A stretch of 64,000 nucleotides of DNA, from contig CAWDLW010000024.1 in NCBI GenBank assembly GCA_963803145.1, positions 1-64,000 on the forward strand, read 5' to 3'. The position numbers and the translations under genes are program-made. Below are positions 42,017 to 52,100 of the stretch, one piece after another (positions within the stretch are counted from its first letter, which is position 1; every line of letters begins with the position of its first letter). The notes under the pieces were generated by a model that saw only the letters and a list, made by a program, of their open reading frames with translations, did not search any database and was not told the DNA's origin. The DNA is from Methanotrichaceae archaeon. GTDB lineage: Archaea; Halobacteriota; Methanosarcinia; Methanotrichales; Methanotrichaceae.

Positions 42017-43162
42017 CTAAACTCCCAGTGCCTTGCTTGCAGCCTCGACTCCTGCGCCACGCTCTGCCAGGCGTCCTTCTTTGGCCAGCACCAGCTCCAG
42101 GGTCTGAATGGTCCTGAGGACATCTCCCTGGGAGCAGATGCCCATTGTTCCTATTCTGAAGATCTTCCCTTTCAGCTTCTCCTGGCCGCCTGAGACTATG
42201 ACGCCCTGCTTCTTCATGCCGCCTCTGAGCTTATCATCGGTGATGCCCTCTGGCATCTTCATAGCAGTGACTGTATTGGAGTAGTGGGAATGCTCGTTAA
42301 CCGTTGGAAACAGCTCGATTCCAAGTGCCTTTGCTGCAGCCCTCACTGCCTCGGCCTGTTTTGCAGTCCTGGCTCTTCTGGCAGCGAAGCCCTCTTCCTT
42401 TGCCATATGCAAAGCCTCCTGAAGAGCATAGAATAGAGGAACCGCAGGAGTATACGGCGTCTGTGCAGGGCTTTTTCTTACGCTCTTAAGATGGGCTTTG
42501 AGATCAGCATAATAGCTGGCGCTCTTTGCCTGGAATCTCTCTTCCGCCCTAGGGGAAACAGCGACAACGGCCAGGCCCGGAGGCACAGCCAGGGCCTTCT
42601 GTGAGCCAGTAATTGCAATATCGATGTTCCACTCATCCGTCAGGAACTCATTGCCTCCAATAGATGAGATCCCGTCCACAATGAAGATAGCATCGTGCTT
42701 TCTAACAAGCTTGCCTATCTCCTTGGCAGGATTGGTCAGGCCCACGGAGGTCTCATTATGAACCATCGCCACTGCCTTTGCTCCATTTTCCAGAGCGTCT
42801 TCAACCTTGTCCAAATTGAAGGGCGTTCCCCAGTCAAAGGCTAAGGGTATTGCCTTTCCGTATCTTTCACCAATCTCAGTGAATCGTTCCCCGAATTTGC
42901 CGTTGGATATCGTTATAATCTTATCTTCTCGGCCAATTATGCCAGCGACAGCGCCATCCATACCTACTGTGCCGCTGCCGGTCATTACCACTATCTCGTT
43001 CTTAGTCTCGAAAAATTCCTTCAAAAGCATGCGGCAGTCATCGTAAATCGCTCCAAACTCGCCGCTCCTGTGGCTGATCATCGGCCTTGACATGGTGCGT
43101 AAGACTCTCGGCGCTACCTTGACAGGCCCCGGAATCATAAGAAGTGTATCCTCTATATCCAT
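42017..43162 (-). CDS. Class V PLP aminotransferase (serine-pyruvate/aspartate aminotransferase)
   Basis: LMIPGP, HNETSVG, DGISSIGG, TGSQKAL (PLP Lys), FRIGTMG. Confidence 0.92.
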   Translation of the reverse strand: MDIEDTLLMIPGPVKVAPRVLRTMSRPMISHRSGEFGAIYDDCRMLLKEFFETKNEIVVMTGSGTVGMDGAVAGIIGREDKIITISNGKFGERFTEIGERYGKAIPLAFDWGTPFNLDKVEDALENGAKAVAMVHNETSVGLTNPAKEIGKLVRKHDAIFIVDGISSIGGNEFLTDEWNIDIAITGSQKALAVPPGLAVVAVSPRAEERFQAKSASYYADLKAHLKSVRKSPAQTPYTPAVPLFYALQEALHMAKEEGFAARRARTAKQAEAVRAAAKALGIELFPTVNEHSHYSNTVTAMKMPEGITDDKLRGGMKKQGVIVSGGQEKLKGKIFRIGTMGICSQGDVLRTIQTLELVLAKEGRLAERGAGVEAASKALGV

Positions 43163-43202
43163 GAGATCCCTCTAATTATACTTTCAGGCAGCCTATATAA
43201 AA

Positions 43203-43838
43203 CTAGCCTCTATAAGTATCTTTTATACGCTGCGCCGTGGCCCAGGAGCGTCTTGCACAGGGCGGCAGGTCTCCCTTATCTTTTACCCAATTTTCTAAAA
43301 ATTCTACTGTTTCTGGATCTCCTGGGTAACCGCTGCCTATTCTGCAGCCCATCGACTTTTCCAGCTCTCTGACAGATTCATCTCTTCTCACCTTGGCAAG
43401 AATTGATGCCCCAGAGACAACCTTATGATTCTCATCTGCCTTGTGCTCGGCAACAATTTCCATTGTTGTGCCGCTGGTGGTTCTTACTCTATCGGCAAAC
43501 CGTTGTGCATTTACATCACAAGCATCCAATATTGCCCTATCGGCTGAAAGATGCTGCAGTACCTGCGAAAAGCATCGCACCATTATATCGTTCATAGTCA
43601 TTGCTTGGCGCAGCTCGTCTATGATTCCAGGCGGGACCTCCAGAATATAGTGATCGCTCGCAATACTGAGGATCTTCTTTGCCAAAATCTCCCGTCTAGC
43701 TGGCGTGAGCTGTTTGGAATCCCGAACTCCCATGGCTGCAAGATCGAATAGTCTTTCCTCGTCGATAACGAGACCTGCAATAATCATGGAGCCTACTACA
43801 GGTCCTTTGCCCGCCTCATCCACGCCAAGGAGGTGCAT
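43203..43838 (-). CDS. rnhB: Ribonuclease HII
   Basis: GVDEAGKGPVVG, DSKQL, EHKAD, ASILAKVRRD, GSGYPGD. Confidence 0.95.
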   Translation of the reverse strand: MHLLGVDEAGKGPVVGSMIIAGLVIDEERLFDLAAMGVRDSKQLTPARREILAKKILSIASDHYILEVPPGIIDELRQAMTMNDIMVRCFSQVLQHLSADRAILDACDVNAQRFADRVRTTSGTTMEIVAEHKADENHKVVSGASILAKVRRDESVRELEKSMGCRIGSGYPGDPETVEFLENWVKDKGDLPPCARRSWATAQRIKDTYRG

Positions 43839-43936
43839 TGCTGAGCTATTTTCAGTGAATGTATTTCAAGTGTTCTGAGGTATGCAAATACTAAATAATT
43901 TGGCGAGCGCTTAGAAGCACTCGCGCACAGGACGAT

Positions 43937-44620
43937 TCACAGCCGGATGTCGTTAACTGTTATCGTGTTGAAGGGATACTGAGTATCCACGTAGATGACA
44001 TCGCCCGTATCATAGATTCCCCAGCCGCCGTTGTTTATGTTTCCATTGGCGTTATAGAAGCTAAGCATTCCTGGAAGTGTGGTAGTTGGCTTATCGCTAT
44101 CTAAATCGGAGTCCCTCACTCTGCTTCCGGGAGGATATATCATCGGACCATCCAAGGGATAGCCAGTTATCCTGATGTCGCCTGCGCTCACTATTCCCGG
44201 ATTGAGGTCAAGGTATACTGGATCTATGATGCTGTAGGACTTGTCGCCATCCATATCGAAGAACCTCAGCTCTGCAGCAGGGTAACGATATGTTCCAAAT
44301 CTTATCAGAGTTTTATCGTGGTCAGGATCTACTGCATTTACCTGACTCCCTGGTTGAAAAGATCCAAAAGGAGTAACTCTTACATCGTCTTCGCTCACTG
44401 TTCCGTCAGCGGAATTTATGTTTATGTAGACAGGATCAGTCGGCTCGAATATGCCATTATCATTTAAGTCTATGAAGGCGAACTCAGGTCCAGCATAAAA
44501 TGGGCTGAGAGCCTTGGCCTCATCAGAATCGCCTAACACTACCTTAGATCCGTATTCCTGTGCGATAGCTGGCGCTGATAGCAAAAATGCCAGCAGAAGG
44601 ATTTTACAGATGGATTTCAT
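43937..44620 (-). CDS. Secreted protein made of three ~65-aa Asp-rich repeats
   Basis: Signal peptide. Three repeats of GS.V...D.D...F.D.(D/N)G...D.(V/I)Y.......DIR. Confidence 0.7.
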   Translation of the reverse strand: MKSICKILLLAFLLSAPAIAQEYGSKVVLGDSDEAKALSPFYAGPEFAFIDLNDNGIFEPTDPVYININSADGTVSEDDVRVTPFGSFQPGSQVNAVDPDHDKTLIRFGTYRYPAAELRFFDMDGDKSYSIIDPVYLDLNPGIVSAGDIRITGYPLDGPMIYPPGSRVRDSDLDSDKPTTTLPGMLSFYNANGNINNGGWGIYDTGDVIYVDTQYPFNTITVNDIRL

Positions 44621-44780
44621 AATTTTACCCCCATACTTTGCCTTAATATGCTCGAAGTAATTTAACCTTTCTATTGGATATATATCATTATTACTATCGG
44701 AAGATATATTAACGAATATCGATAAGTAATAATGCCGATAGATAATTTTGCATCGCCAAACTTAAGTTTGGATGGGAAGG

Positions 44781-44788
44781 TTTATACA
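44781..44788 (+). promoter_or_regulatory. Archaeal BRE/TATA promoter of the tRNA gene
   Basis: GGGAAGG followed by TTTATACA, ~45-50 nt upstream of the tRNA. Confidence 0.5.
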
Positions 44789-44831
44789 CTAGTATACGGT
44801 GATTGAGTAATACAACTATACAGTTATATGA

Positions 44832-44906
44832 AGCGGGGTAGGGTAGTCAGGATATCCCGACGGGCTCATAACCCGTAGATCAGTAGTTCAAATCTACTCC
44901 CCGCTA
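44832..44906 (+). tRNA. Initiator tRNA-Met (CAT)
   Basis: Acceptor stem AGCGGGG/CCCCGCT (A1-U72). Anticodon arm ACGGG-CTCATAA-CCCGT with three G-C pairs. T loop TTCAAAT. Confidence 0.97.
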
Positions 44907-45084
44907 TTGTTCTACCAGCAAATTCGGATCTTGAAATTAATTACTCATACTAATTGGCCTTATCTACAATATAACTTGGAAACCATTGCTTATTGGGTCC
45001 GTCGCAGCTTGTTGTTTGTTTAGATCTTTTATCTTTCATCAGAATCGAAACCATTAAGGTCTATTTAGCCCAAAGGATCTTCTC

Positions 45085-45819
45085 ATGACTTTCTCATTCT
45101 TCCCGGCCGTCGATCTTCGCGGCGGCAAGTGCGTGCAGCTGGTAGGCGGCGTTCCGGGGACTGAAGTAGTTTCCCTAGACAATCCTTTGGCAGAGGCCGA
45201 GCGCTGGGTTTCAGAGGGGGCAGATCATCTGCATATCATCGACCTTGATGGCGCTATTCAGGGAAAGAGGATCAATTCGACCATCCTAAGCGAGATCGTT
45301 AGGAATCTCGACATATTCATCCAGGTTGGAGGCGGCATCAGGACAAAAGAGGACGTGAGATCGCTCCTGGACTTGGACGTCGATCGGGTGATCCTCGGCA
45401 CTGCCGCCCTAAAGAATCCCGATATGGTCAAGGAGCTATCTGAGGAATACGGCTCAGAAAGAATCATGGTTGCCCTGGACGTGAAGAAGGGAAATGTGAC
45501 GACTGAAGGCTGGCAGAGGTCGCTTCCCAAACAAGCCGTCGATCTCGGCAGGCTCTTCGAGGAAAAGGGTGCAGGATCAATCCTGTTTACAAATATCGAT
45601 GTTGAAGGCCAGCAAAAGGGCATAAATATCGCTCCAACCATTCAGCTGATCGAGGCTGTGAAGATTCCAGTGGTCGCGGCAGGAGGAGTCACGACTATAA
45701 ATGATGTCCTGGCTCTGAGGAATGCGGGCGCGTCCGGTGCAGTTGCAGGTACTGCAATCTATACAGGAAAGCTCAGCGTCAGAAAAACTCTGGATGCACT
45801 AAGGGGGGCAATAAATTGA
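45085..45819 (+). CDS. hisA: ProFAR isomerase
   Basis: PAVDLRGGKCVQL, HIIDLDGA, QVGGGIR, RVILGT, AAGGV. Confidence 0.95.
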   Translation: MTFSFFPAVDLRGGKCVQLVGGVPGTEVVSLDNPLAEAERWVSEGADHLHIIDLDGAIQGKRINSTILSEIVRNLDIFIQVGGGIRTKEDVRSLLDLDVDRVILGTAALKNPDMVKELSEEYGSERIMVALDVKKGNVTTEGWQRSLPKQAVDLGRLFEEKGAGSILFTNIDVEGQQKGINIAPTIQLIEAVKIPVVAAGGVTTINDVLALRNAGASGAVAGTAIYTGKLSVRKTLDALRGAIN

Positions 45820-46379
45820 GGAAAGGCAAGGCGAATTTCAAGCGTAGAGATTTGCTATCAAGCGTTAGCATCGATCTCGATGGCTCAGGAAAAGCCAATC
45901 TCTCATCAGGCTCGGCATTTCTAGATCATATGCTGAGTGCTTTTTCTAGAACTGGGCTGATTGATCTGGATGCAAAGACTAGCGATGACAGTTATAGCGG
46001 CTATAGGGATCTGGGGAACGCCATCGGCCTTGCAATTGATAGCGCTCTCGGAGATCGAGATGGTATCCGCAGATACGGAAGCGCTACCATACCCATGGAT
46101 GAATCCCTGTCTGATGTGGCCCTGGACTTCAGCGGCAGAGCCTATATCGTATTTGAGGGAAACTTCAAAGGCGACAGGATCGGCGATCTTGAGACACAGG
46201 AGATAAAGCCGTTCCTTGAGGCCCTTGCTGATGGAGCGCGCATGACTCTGCACATTAGATTCTATGGCGAGAATGATCACCATAAGGCAGAGAGCATCTT
46301 CAAGGCGCTTGGTTTTGCAGTGCGGCAGGCTGTGATAAAGGAAGGCAAAGGCATTCCAAGTACTAAAGGCGTGATCTAG
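45816..46379 (+). CDS. hisB: Imidazoleglycerol-phosphate dehydratase-like protein lacking the first HHxxE motif
   Basis: FLDHML, GIRRYG, PMDES, DFSGR, ENDHHKAESIFKA, PSTKGV. Follows hisA directly. Confidence 0.85.
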   Translation: MRKGKANFKRRDLLSSVSIDLDGSGKANLSSGSAFLDHMLSAFSRTGLIDLDAKTSDDSYSGYRDLGNAIGLAIDSALGDRDGIRRYGSATIPMDESLSDVALDFSGRAYIVFEGNFKGDRIGDLETQEIKPFLEALADGARMTLHIRFYGENDHHKAESIFKALGFAVRQAVIKEGKGIPSTKGVI

Positions 46380-46590
46380 AGCTTTATATTAATTTTTTGA
46401 GCACCCGAAGATAATTCATTATGGACATCTAGATATTTAATGCTTACATTAAAACAGCCAAGGATGAGCTTCATAATAATGCTGTCGCATTGAATGAGTA
46501 CATCGAGACAAAGATGAGTATAAAAGGATGAGGAGGCTCCAACTAAATCAAAGAATGAAAAAGGCGCAAGGCATCAGCGCTTGAAGCTTC

Positions 46591-47841
46591 CTATTTTTTG
46601 ATCGGCGTTCTTGCAGTTTTTGACTTTGCAGCTGGTGCCATTGGTGCGGCCGGTTTCCTGGGGGCTTTTATGGATTTCTTTATGGCAGATACCTGTGCAT
46701 TGGGCTTGCTTGATGCTAATGCAGCCTTTACGGCTGAAGTTTTTTCTACTTTGGCACTGCTTGAAGCCGATGTATCTACTTGGGTTCCCAGATCTTTAGC
46801 TTTTGATGCTATCGGCGTCCTGGGTGTCCTTGTGGATTTCTTTGTTGCGGATATCTGAGCTTTGGGTTCCTGCGATCCGGCCAAACCAGCGGCTGGAACT
46901 CTACTTGCCCTTTTGACTCTGGTTTTAACAGATCCATCGTTTTCAGCTGCTTTTATAGAAGGATCTATTGAGGCATTATCAGTTAAGCTATTGCTGATTT
47001 CAGTTGTGTTTAAAGTGGTGGCATTCGCATTAGCTGCATTCATCAGTGCATTAGTAGCATTTATTGAGGCATTAGATGTGTTATTTTCATGTGCCTTACT
47101 AGAGTTGATATTAGAAACAACCTCAGTAGTTGTGCTCGCTTTTGGTGCAGCTGCACTATAATAAGAACTGTCGCCTGAAGAGCTGTCGTCCACAGAGCTA
47201 TGTTCCTCGCTATTGGCGCGGGCCCAATCGACAATTATCCTGGAGCCACCTTTTGCCGTTTTGCTGCCTGATTGGACAGATGTTGTATTTGATGAGTTTA
47301 TTGAGCGCATAGGATTCGGCCATTTGCCTAACTTTTCAGCCTTGGCAAATGCCGCTCTTGCATCATCAAATCTCTTCAGTGCAAAAAGAGAGCGTCCTTT
47401 GTTATAGAGAGCCTCCCCATCTGATGAGTTCAAAAGCAGCGCTTTATCAAAGCATTTGATGGAATTATCATAATTTCCAAGGGCATATAGTGCATTGCCT
47501 TTGTACCTCCACGCATTAGCGTTTGTTGAGTTATCGGATATGGCTTTATCGAAGCACACTATTGACTCGTTATATTTACCTTGCTCAAGTAATTTCATGC
47601 CCTTCTCTTGCCAACCATCTATTACCGCGATGCTCCCTTTGCCCTGCAGGCCGAAGGAAGAACCGTCAAATGCTCCTACAGCTCTGTTGGATAAAATATC
47701 ATATACCAGATATCCGGCCAGAGAGGTTAAAGAGATTAATATTAGGATTATTAGGATGTTATACATCCTTGAATTGTTTTTCGTTAATGCCTTGCGGATT
47801 GACTCCGGGAAGGCACCTCCTGATTCAGCGGTGTCCCTCAT
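46591..47841 (-). CDS. Membrane-anchored TPR protein with Ser/Asn/Thr and Lys/Ala-rich low-complexity tail
   Basis: N-terminal TM. Three TPRs (AWRYKGNALYALG..., ALYNKG...). Basic tail containing a duplicated motif. Confidence 0.75.
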   Translation of the reverse strand: MRDTAESGGAFPESIRKALTKNNSRMYNILIILILISLTSLAGYLVYDILSNRAVGAFDGSSFGLQGKGSIAVIDGWQEKGMKLLEQGKYNESIVCFDKAISDNSTNANAWRYKGNALYALGNYDNSIKCFDKALLLNSSDGEALYNKGRSLFALKRFDDARAAFAKAEKLGKWPNPMRSINSSNTTSVQSGSKTAKGGSRIIVDWARANSEEHSSVDDSSSGDSSYYSAAAPKASTTTEVVSNINSSKAHENNTSNASINATNALMNAANANATTLNTTEISNSLTDNASIDPSIKAAENDGSVKTRVKRASRVPAAGLAGSQEPKAQISATKKSTRTPRTPIASKAKDLGTQVDTSASSSAKVEKTSAVKAALASSKPNAQVSAIKKSIKAPRKPAAPMAPAAKSKTARTPIKK

Positions 47842-48012
47842 ACTTAGGAAGTTATTTTTTTAAGTTTATAACTTTTACGGTAGAGATAAATTAATAGAGT
47901 TATATTTGGTTTTGGGCATTTTGCTATTTTCGAGAGAGTATGTTATCTATTGTATAGATTGCGCCTGCACGTTTCAGCAAAGTTCAATAACAACTACCGA
48001 AAATATGAGCTT

Positions 48013-48666
48013 ATGAATGCCGTTTTGATATTGTCGGGCGGCTTGGACTCGACCACCATGCTTTACAAGATGCGATCCGCTGGCTATCACATTCATGCAC
48101 TGACATTCAACTACGCTCAGAGACATAAGAAGGAGATCGACTGCGCCAGGAATATCACTGGTCTTCTCAATATCCCCCATAAAGTTGTAGATCTGACCCG
48201 TATTTCAGGACTTCTAGGTGACAGTGCGCTTCTAGGTGGAAAGGAGGTACCGAAATGCCATTATACGGAGGATGCTGCCAGACAGACGATTGTTCCCAAT
48301 AGAAACATGATAATGCTCTCCATAGCCGCTGGCTATGCTGAGGCACATGAGATTCCCGAGGTCTTCTACGCTGCTCATAGAAATGATTCAGCAATCTATC
48401 CCGATTGCAGGGCAGAGTTTGTAGAAGCAATGATACCCGCCATAAGGTTAGCAACTGCGTGGCACCCTGTGGAGCTCAGAGCTCCTTTCATTAACATGAC
48501 CAAGGCAGAGATAGTGAAGTTAGGCATTGATTTGAATGTGCCCTATGAGCTAACTTGGTCATGCTATAGAGGGGAGGAGAAGCCATGCGGGTCATGTCCC
48601 ACTTGCATCGAACGCGAAGAGGCATTCGCTCTGAATAACGCAATAGATCCTCTAATTAATGGCTAG
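48013..48666 (+). CDS. queC: 7-cyano-7-deazaguanine synthase
   Basis: SGGLDST, VPNRN, YPDCR, TWSCY...CGSCPTC. Confidence 0.95.
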   Translation: MNAVLILSGGLDSTTMLYKMRSAGYHIHALTFNYAQRHKKEIDCARNITGLLNIPHKVVDLTRISGLLGDSALLGGKEVPKCHYTEDAARQTIVPNRNMIMLSIAAGYAEAHEIPEVFYAAHRNDSAIYPDCRAEFVEAMIPAIRLATAWHPVELRAPFINMTKAEIVKLGIDLNVPYELTWSCYRGEEKPCGSCPTCIEREEAFALNNAIDPLING

Positions 48667-48719
48667 GCTATGTTATCACGTGTAACTGTGTAATTCCCCG
48701 AAAAGGCACAAAAAGGATA

Positions 48720-49970
48720 TACCCCTCTTCGTGACCTACCAGGAATGTATAGCCTTTTTTCCGATATTTAGAGAATTCGCTAAAGAAACTAACTTTGTAG
48801 CTAAGAAAACTATTGGGACAACCTTTTTTTCGACACTAGGCTGTGTATATTGATGTATTTTGTTCAATCCTAAGGTATTTTTAGCTATATTGAAGAAAAC
48901 TTCTATTTCAAGCCTATAATACTTAAAACTCTTCCATTGATAGATTAAATTCTTAAATTCGTTAACAATATGAATCCATTTTTCTAATTTATATTTATTG
49001 TGAGAAAATGCATCTAAAGGCGGATTAAGTTCGTAAATTATTTGATCTAAATTGGTGTTATTCCTTGGATAAATAATCGGAATCAAGTAAAATTGATTGA
49101 TTAACGCATGATAATTCTTTTTTGACGTAAAGCCTTTATCACAGATGATTAAATCGCCTGAATGTATTTTTCTTGAATTGAAAAGCCTTTCTACAAAAGG
49201 AATAAGTATTTTTGAATCATTAGGACAATCTTTATGAATTTCAAATCCAATAAGATTATCATCAAGATCTATAGCCAAAATTAACTTAAATCCTACGAAA
49301 TAGCCTATGGAAGGGTAATAAGACCATTTATATTTTTTATTCTTCTTACCTATTTTATCCTTGTTTCTCCAAATATTAAGGTCAATTACGATTGGAGAGG
49401 TATCAATAATTATAGTTCTTTGCTTTTTATCTCTTTTACGGCGTTCAGACTGGAATGTTTTGCTAAAAAAATGGAACAATGAGTCATAACTTAAATCAAA
49501 CATAGATTTATAGACTTTTTGCGCATTTATCGTTGAATCAATATCCAATAGCTTTTGTAACTCTGAATTCATATTTATTTCTGAAATTATAGAGGAAATA
49601 TCTCTTTCAAACAAGCTTGATAGGACTATAATTTTTATTGCTAATACGAAATTATCTATATCATATATTTTTAACTTGGATGCAATTTTCCTAGATCGCT
49701 GAGATCCGATAATTTCAAGTATTTTGAGCACTATTATCCCTTTTGGGTGCTTATAATTAGGAATCAGAGGAGATAACATCAATAATACCTTCCTTTGGTG
49801 GTGCAACCTAGTTATAAGCGCCCAAATTACTTAAAATTAACTATTGAAAGTTTAATTCCAGATCAAATCAAGACCCATAATTTGTTTTCTAATCGAAGTT
49901 AAAATTTCTAAGTAAATTTAAATTAAATTGATAGAATTAGTTTGTTTTAAAGAGAGTTTGAAGAGGGGTA
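48720..49970 (-). mobile_element. Insertion sequence copy B (inverted relative to 13362..14612)
   Basis: IRs TACCCCTCTTC (48720-48730) and GAAGAGGGGTA (49960-49970). Same length as copy A (1251 bp). Confidence 0.9.
48736..49806 (-). CDS. DDE transposase
   Basis: Differs from 13526..14596 at four residues (W/G, L/R, L/S, P/H). Confidence 0.9.
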   Translation of the reverse strand: MHHQRKVLLMLSPLIPNYKHPKGIIVLKILEIIGSQRSRKIASKLKIYDIDNFVLAIKIIVLSSLFERDISSIISEINMNSELQKLLDIDSTINAQKVYKSMFDLSYDSLFHFFSKTFQSERRKRDKKQRTIIIDTSPIVIDLNIWRNKDKIGKKNKKYKWSYYPSIGYFVGFKLILAIDLDDNLIGFEIHKDCPNDSKILIPFVERLFNSRKIHSGDLIICDKGFTSKKNYHALINQFYLIPIIYPRNNTNLDQIIYELNPPLDAFSHNKYKLEKWIHIVNEFKNLIYQWKSFKYYRLEIEVFFNIAKNTLGLNKIHQYTQPSVEKKVVPIVFLATKLVSLANSLNIGKKAIHSW

Positions 49971-50095
49971 ATGGCGTTATCACCCGTAACCATTGCTACT
50001 GCGCTCTCATGCCTAACGAAAATATCTTGAAAAATAATCTCTTAGCAATGAAATGCTTCTATACAGACTAATCATAAGAATTTGGGACTCAATTC

Positions 50096-51976
50096 CTATC
50101 GATCATCTTTGAACAAAAGCTTCATCTCATATATCCCGGATTCATTTTGTTTCTTAATATCAAATCCCATCTTATTGAAGAGTCTGAAGACCGGCTGGTT
50201 TCCTATAAGAACTTCTGCTGTGAATCCTATGAGACCATTTCTCTTGGCTAAGTGAGTGAGTTCCGAGATTAACTCTGTTCCTACTCCCTGTTTCTGGTAT
50301 TGATCCCCAACAACGAGCGCAATATCCGCTGTATCCATATCTCTGTTTAAGCTGTACTGTCCAATGCCGGTTATGGTTTCTTTGCCGGACTCACCCAGAA
50401 CTGCCAAAATAGTAAGCTTCTGGGTATAATCTATTACCACGAATTTCTGTAGCGTCTCGTGAGGTATGTCTCTTCGGGCAGAAATAAACCTTTGATACAT
50501 GCTTTCATCCGACAAAGAATAGAAGAAATCCTTGAGCATAGGCTCATCGCTGATCTTCACCGGCCGGAGAACTATCTCAAGTCCAGTTTTAGTGATCCTT
50601 CGAGTCTCCAGCTCTTCTGGGTACTCTCCCTTAATCCCGGCAATAAATGCCTGATCCTTGAATATCAGTGAGAGCTTCTTGGCTTCTTCTATGAGCCAGG
50701 GCCTGAACATCGGATGCGCTATTGCTATCAAATCCATAGCCCTCTCACGGATGCATCTGCCATGGAGGTAAGCTATCCCGAACTCCGTAACTACGTAATG
50801 AATATCGCCTCTAGTCAGAGTGACGCCAGCCCCCTCTTTTAGGAACGGCACAATTCTTGATACGCTTCCGTTGTCGGCAGTTGAAGGCAATGCCAGGATT
50901 GTTTTCCCTCCCGGTGCGAGCACAGCGCCTCTCATAAAGTCGGCCTGTCCTCCGATACCGCTGTAGAACATTTTGCCTATAGATTCGGCCGTGGCTTGGC
51001 CGGTCAGATCAACCTCCAGGGCGCTGTTTATTGCCGTCATGCGCTTATTTTGGGCTATAATTAGAGGATTGTTAGTATAATCAATAGTCCTGAACTCAAT
51101 TGATGGGTTATCATCGATAAAGTCATAGGTCTCCTTCTTTCCCATACAAAAGGTGGCAATGGTCTTTCCTGGATTAATGGACTTCTCTGTATTGTCTACA
51201 ACGCCATTCCTCATTAGCTCGACAATACCGTCATTCAGGAGTTCAGTATGTATTCCCAAATGCTTTTTGTCTCCAAAACATGAGGCGATTGCATTTGGTA
51301 TGCTTCCATATCCCATCTGAATCGTTGAACCGTCTTCAATTATACTTGAGACATGGCTTCCAATTCTCTGAGCTGTATCATCAGGAACATGCTCTATGTA
51401 TTCAAGCAACGGCTCATCATGGGGCACGATGAAATCTACGTTCTCGATATCTACCTTGCCATCTCCCTGAACATGCGGCATATTGGAATTTGCCTGAGCT
51501 ATAACCAGAGCTGCTTTTTCAATCGCCGATTTGACAATATCTACACTTACTCCCAGGTTCATCTCTCCATTTTTATCCGGAGGCGTCGTCTGGATTAAAG
51601 CTACATCAATCCCAAACCGATCCGTACGGATTAAATCAGGAACCGCAGATAAAAATATAGGCGTGTAATCTGCTACACCTCTATTTATCGCCTTTCGAGT
51701 GCTATCCCCAATGAAAAAAGATCTCAATCTGAAGTTATCCCTGAACTTTTCATCTGTATAGGGAGCGACACCAAGGGTTACAATGTTTATCAGCTCAGCA
51801 TCCAGGAATGCCTTGGGATTTTTATCGATATAGCTTAATAACGCTTGAACGAGATATTGAGGTTCACCGCAGCCTGTACCTATGAATATTTTGTTCCCGG
51901 GGTGAATCTCCTGGAATACGAAGCGTTCAGCCTTGAACTTTCCAGGCCAATTCTTTTTGATTTCGTCCCAATCCAT
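50096..51976 (-). CDS. Acetyl-CoA hydrolase/CoA-transferase fused to a C-terminal Pat-like GNAT acetyltransferase
   Basis: HLGIHTE, SGIGGQADF and VTEFG motifs. GNAT part: LRPV...FFYSLSDES..RF, YQKQGVG. Confidence 0.88.
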   Translation of the reverse strand: MDWDEIKKNWPGKFKAERFVFQEIHPGNKIFIGTGCGEPQYLVQALLSYIDKNPKAFLDAELINIVTLGVAPYTDEKFRDNFRLRSFFIGDSTRKAINRGVADYTPIFLSAVPDLIRTDRFGIDVALIQTTPPDKNGEMNLGVSVDIVKSAIEKAALVIAQANSNMPHVQGDGKVDIENVDFIVPHDEPLLEYIEHVPDDTAQRIGSHVSSIIEDGSTIQMGYGSIPNAIASCFGDKKHLGIHTELLNDGIVELMRNGVVDNTEKSINPGKTIATFCMGKKETYDFIDDNPSIEFRTIDYTNNPLIIAQNKRMTAINSALEVDLTGQATAESIGKMFYSGIGGQADFMRGAVLAPGGKTILALPSTADNGSVSRIVPFLKEGAGVTLTRGDIHYVVTEFGIAYLHGRCIRERAMDLIAIAHPMFRPWLIEEAKKLSLIFKDQAFIAGIKGEYPEELETRRITKTGLEIVLRPVKISDEPMLKDFFYSLSDESMYQRFISARRDIPHETLQKFVVIDYTQKLTILAVLGESGKETITGIGQYSLNRDMDTADIALVVGDQYQKQGVGTELISELTHLAKRNGLIGFTAEVLIGNQPVFRLFNKMGFDIKKQNESGIYEMKLLFKDDR

Positions 51977-52100
51977 CGGCTTACCTCCGGTTCCTATAAT
52001 TTTTACAGTTGGATCTTAGATATGTTAAAGTAATGATCACTTCATGTCGTGGCCAAAGAGTTAGCCTAATCAGAAAAAAGGAAGGAGGTCCGCTCTCTCA

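Noticed and set aside
44907-45080. Integrative element at the tRNA-Met 3' end
   Set aside because: No integrase and no duplicated tRNA 3' end were seen. hisA follows directly.
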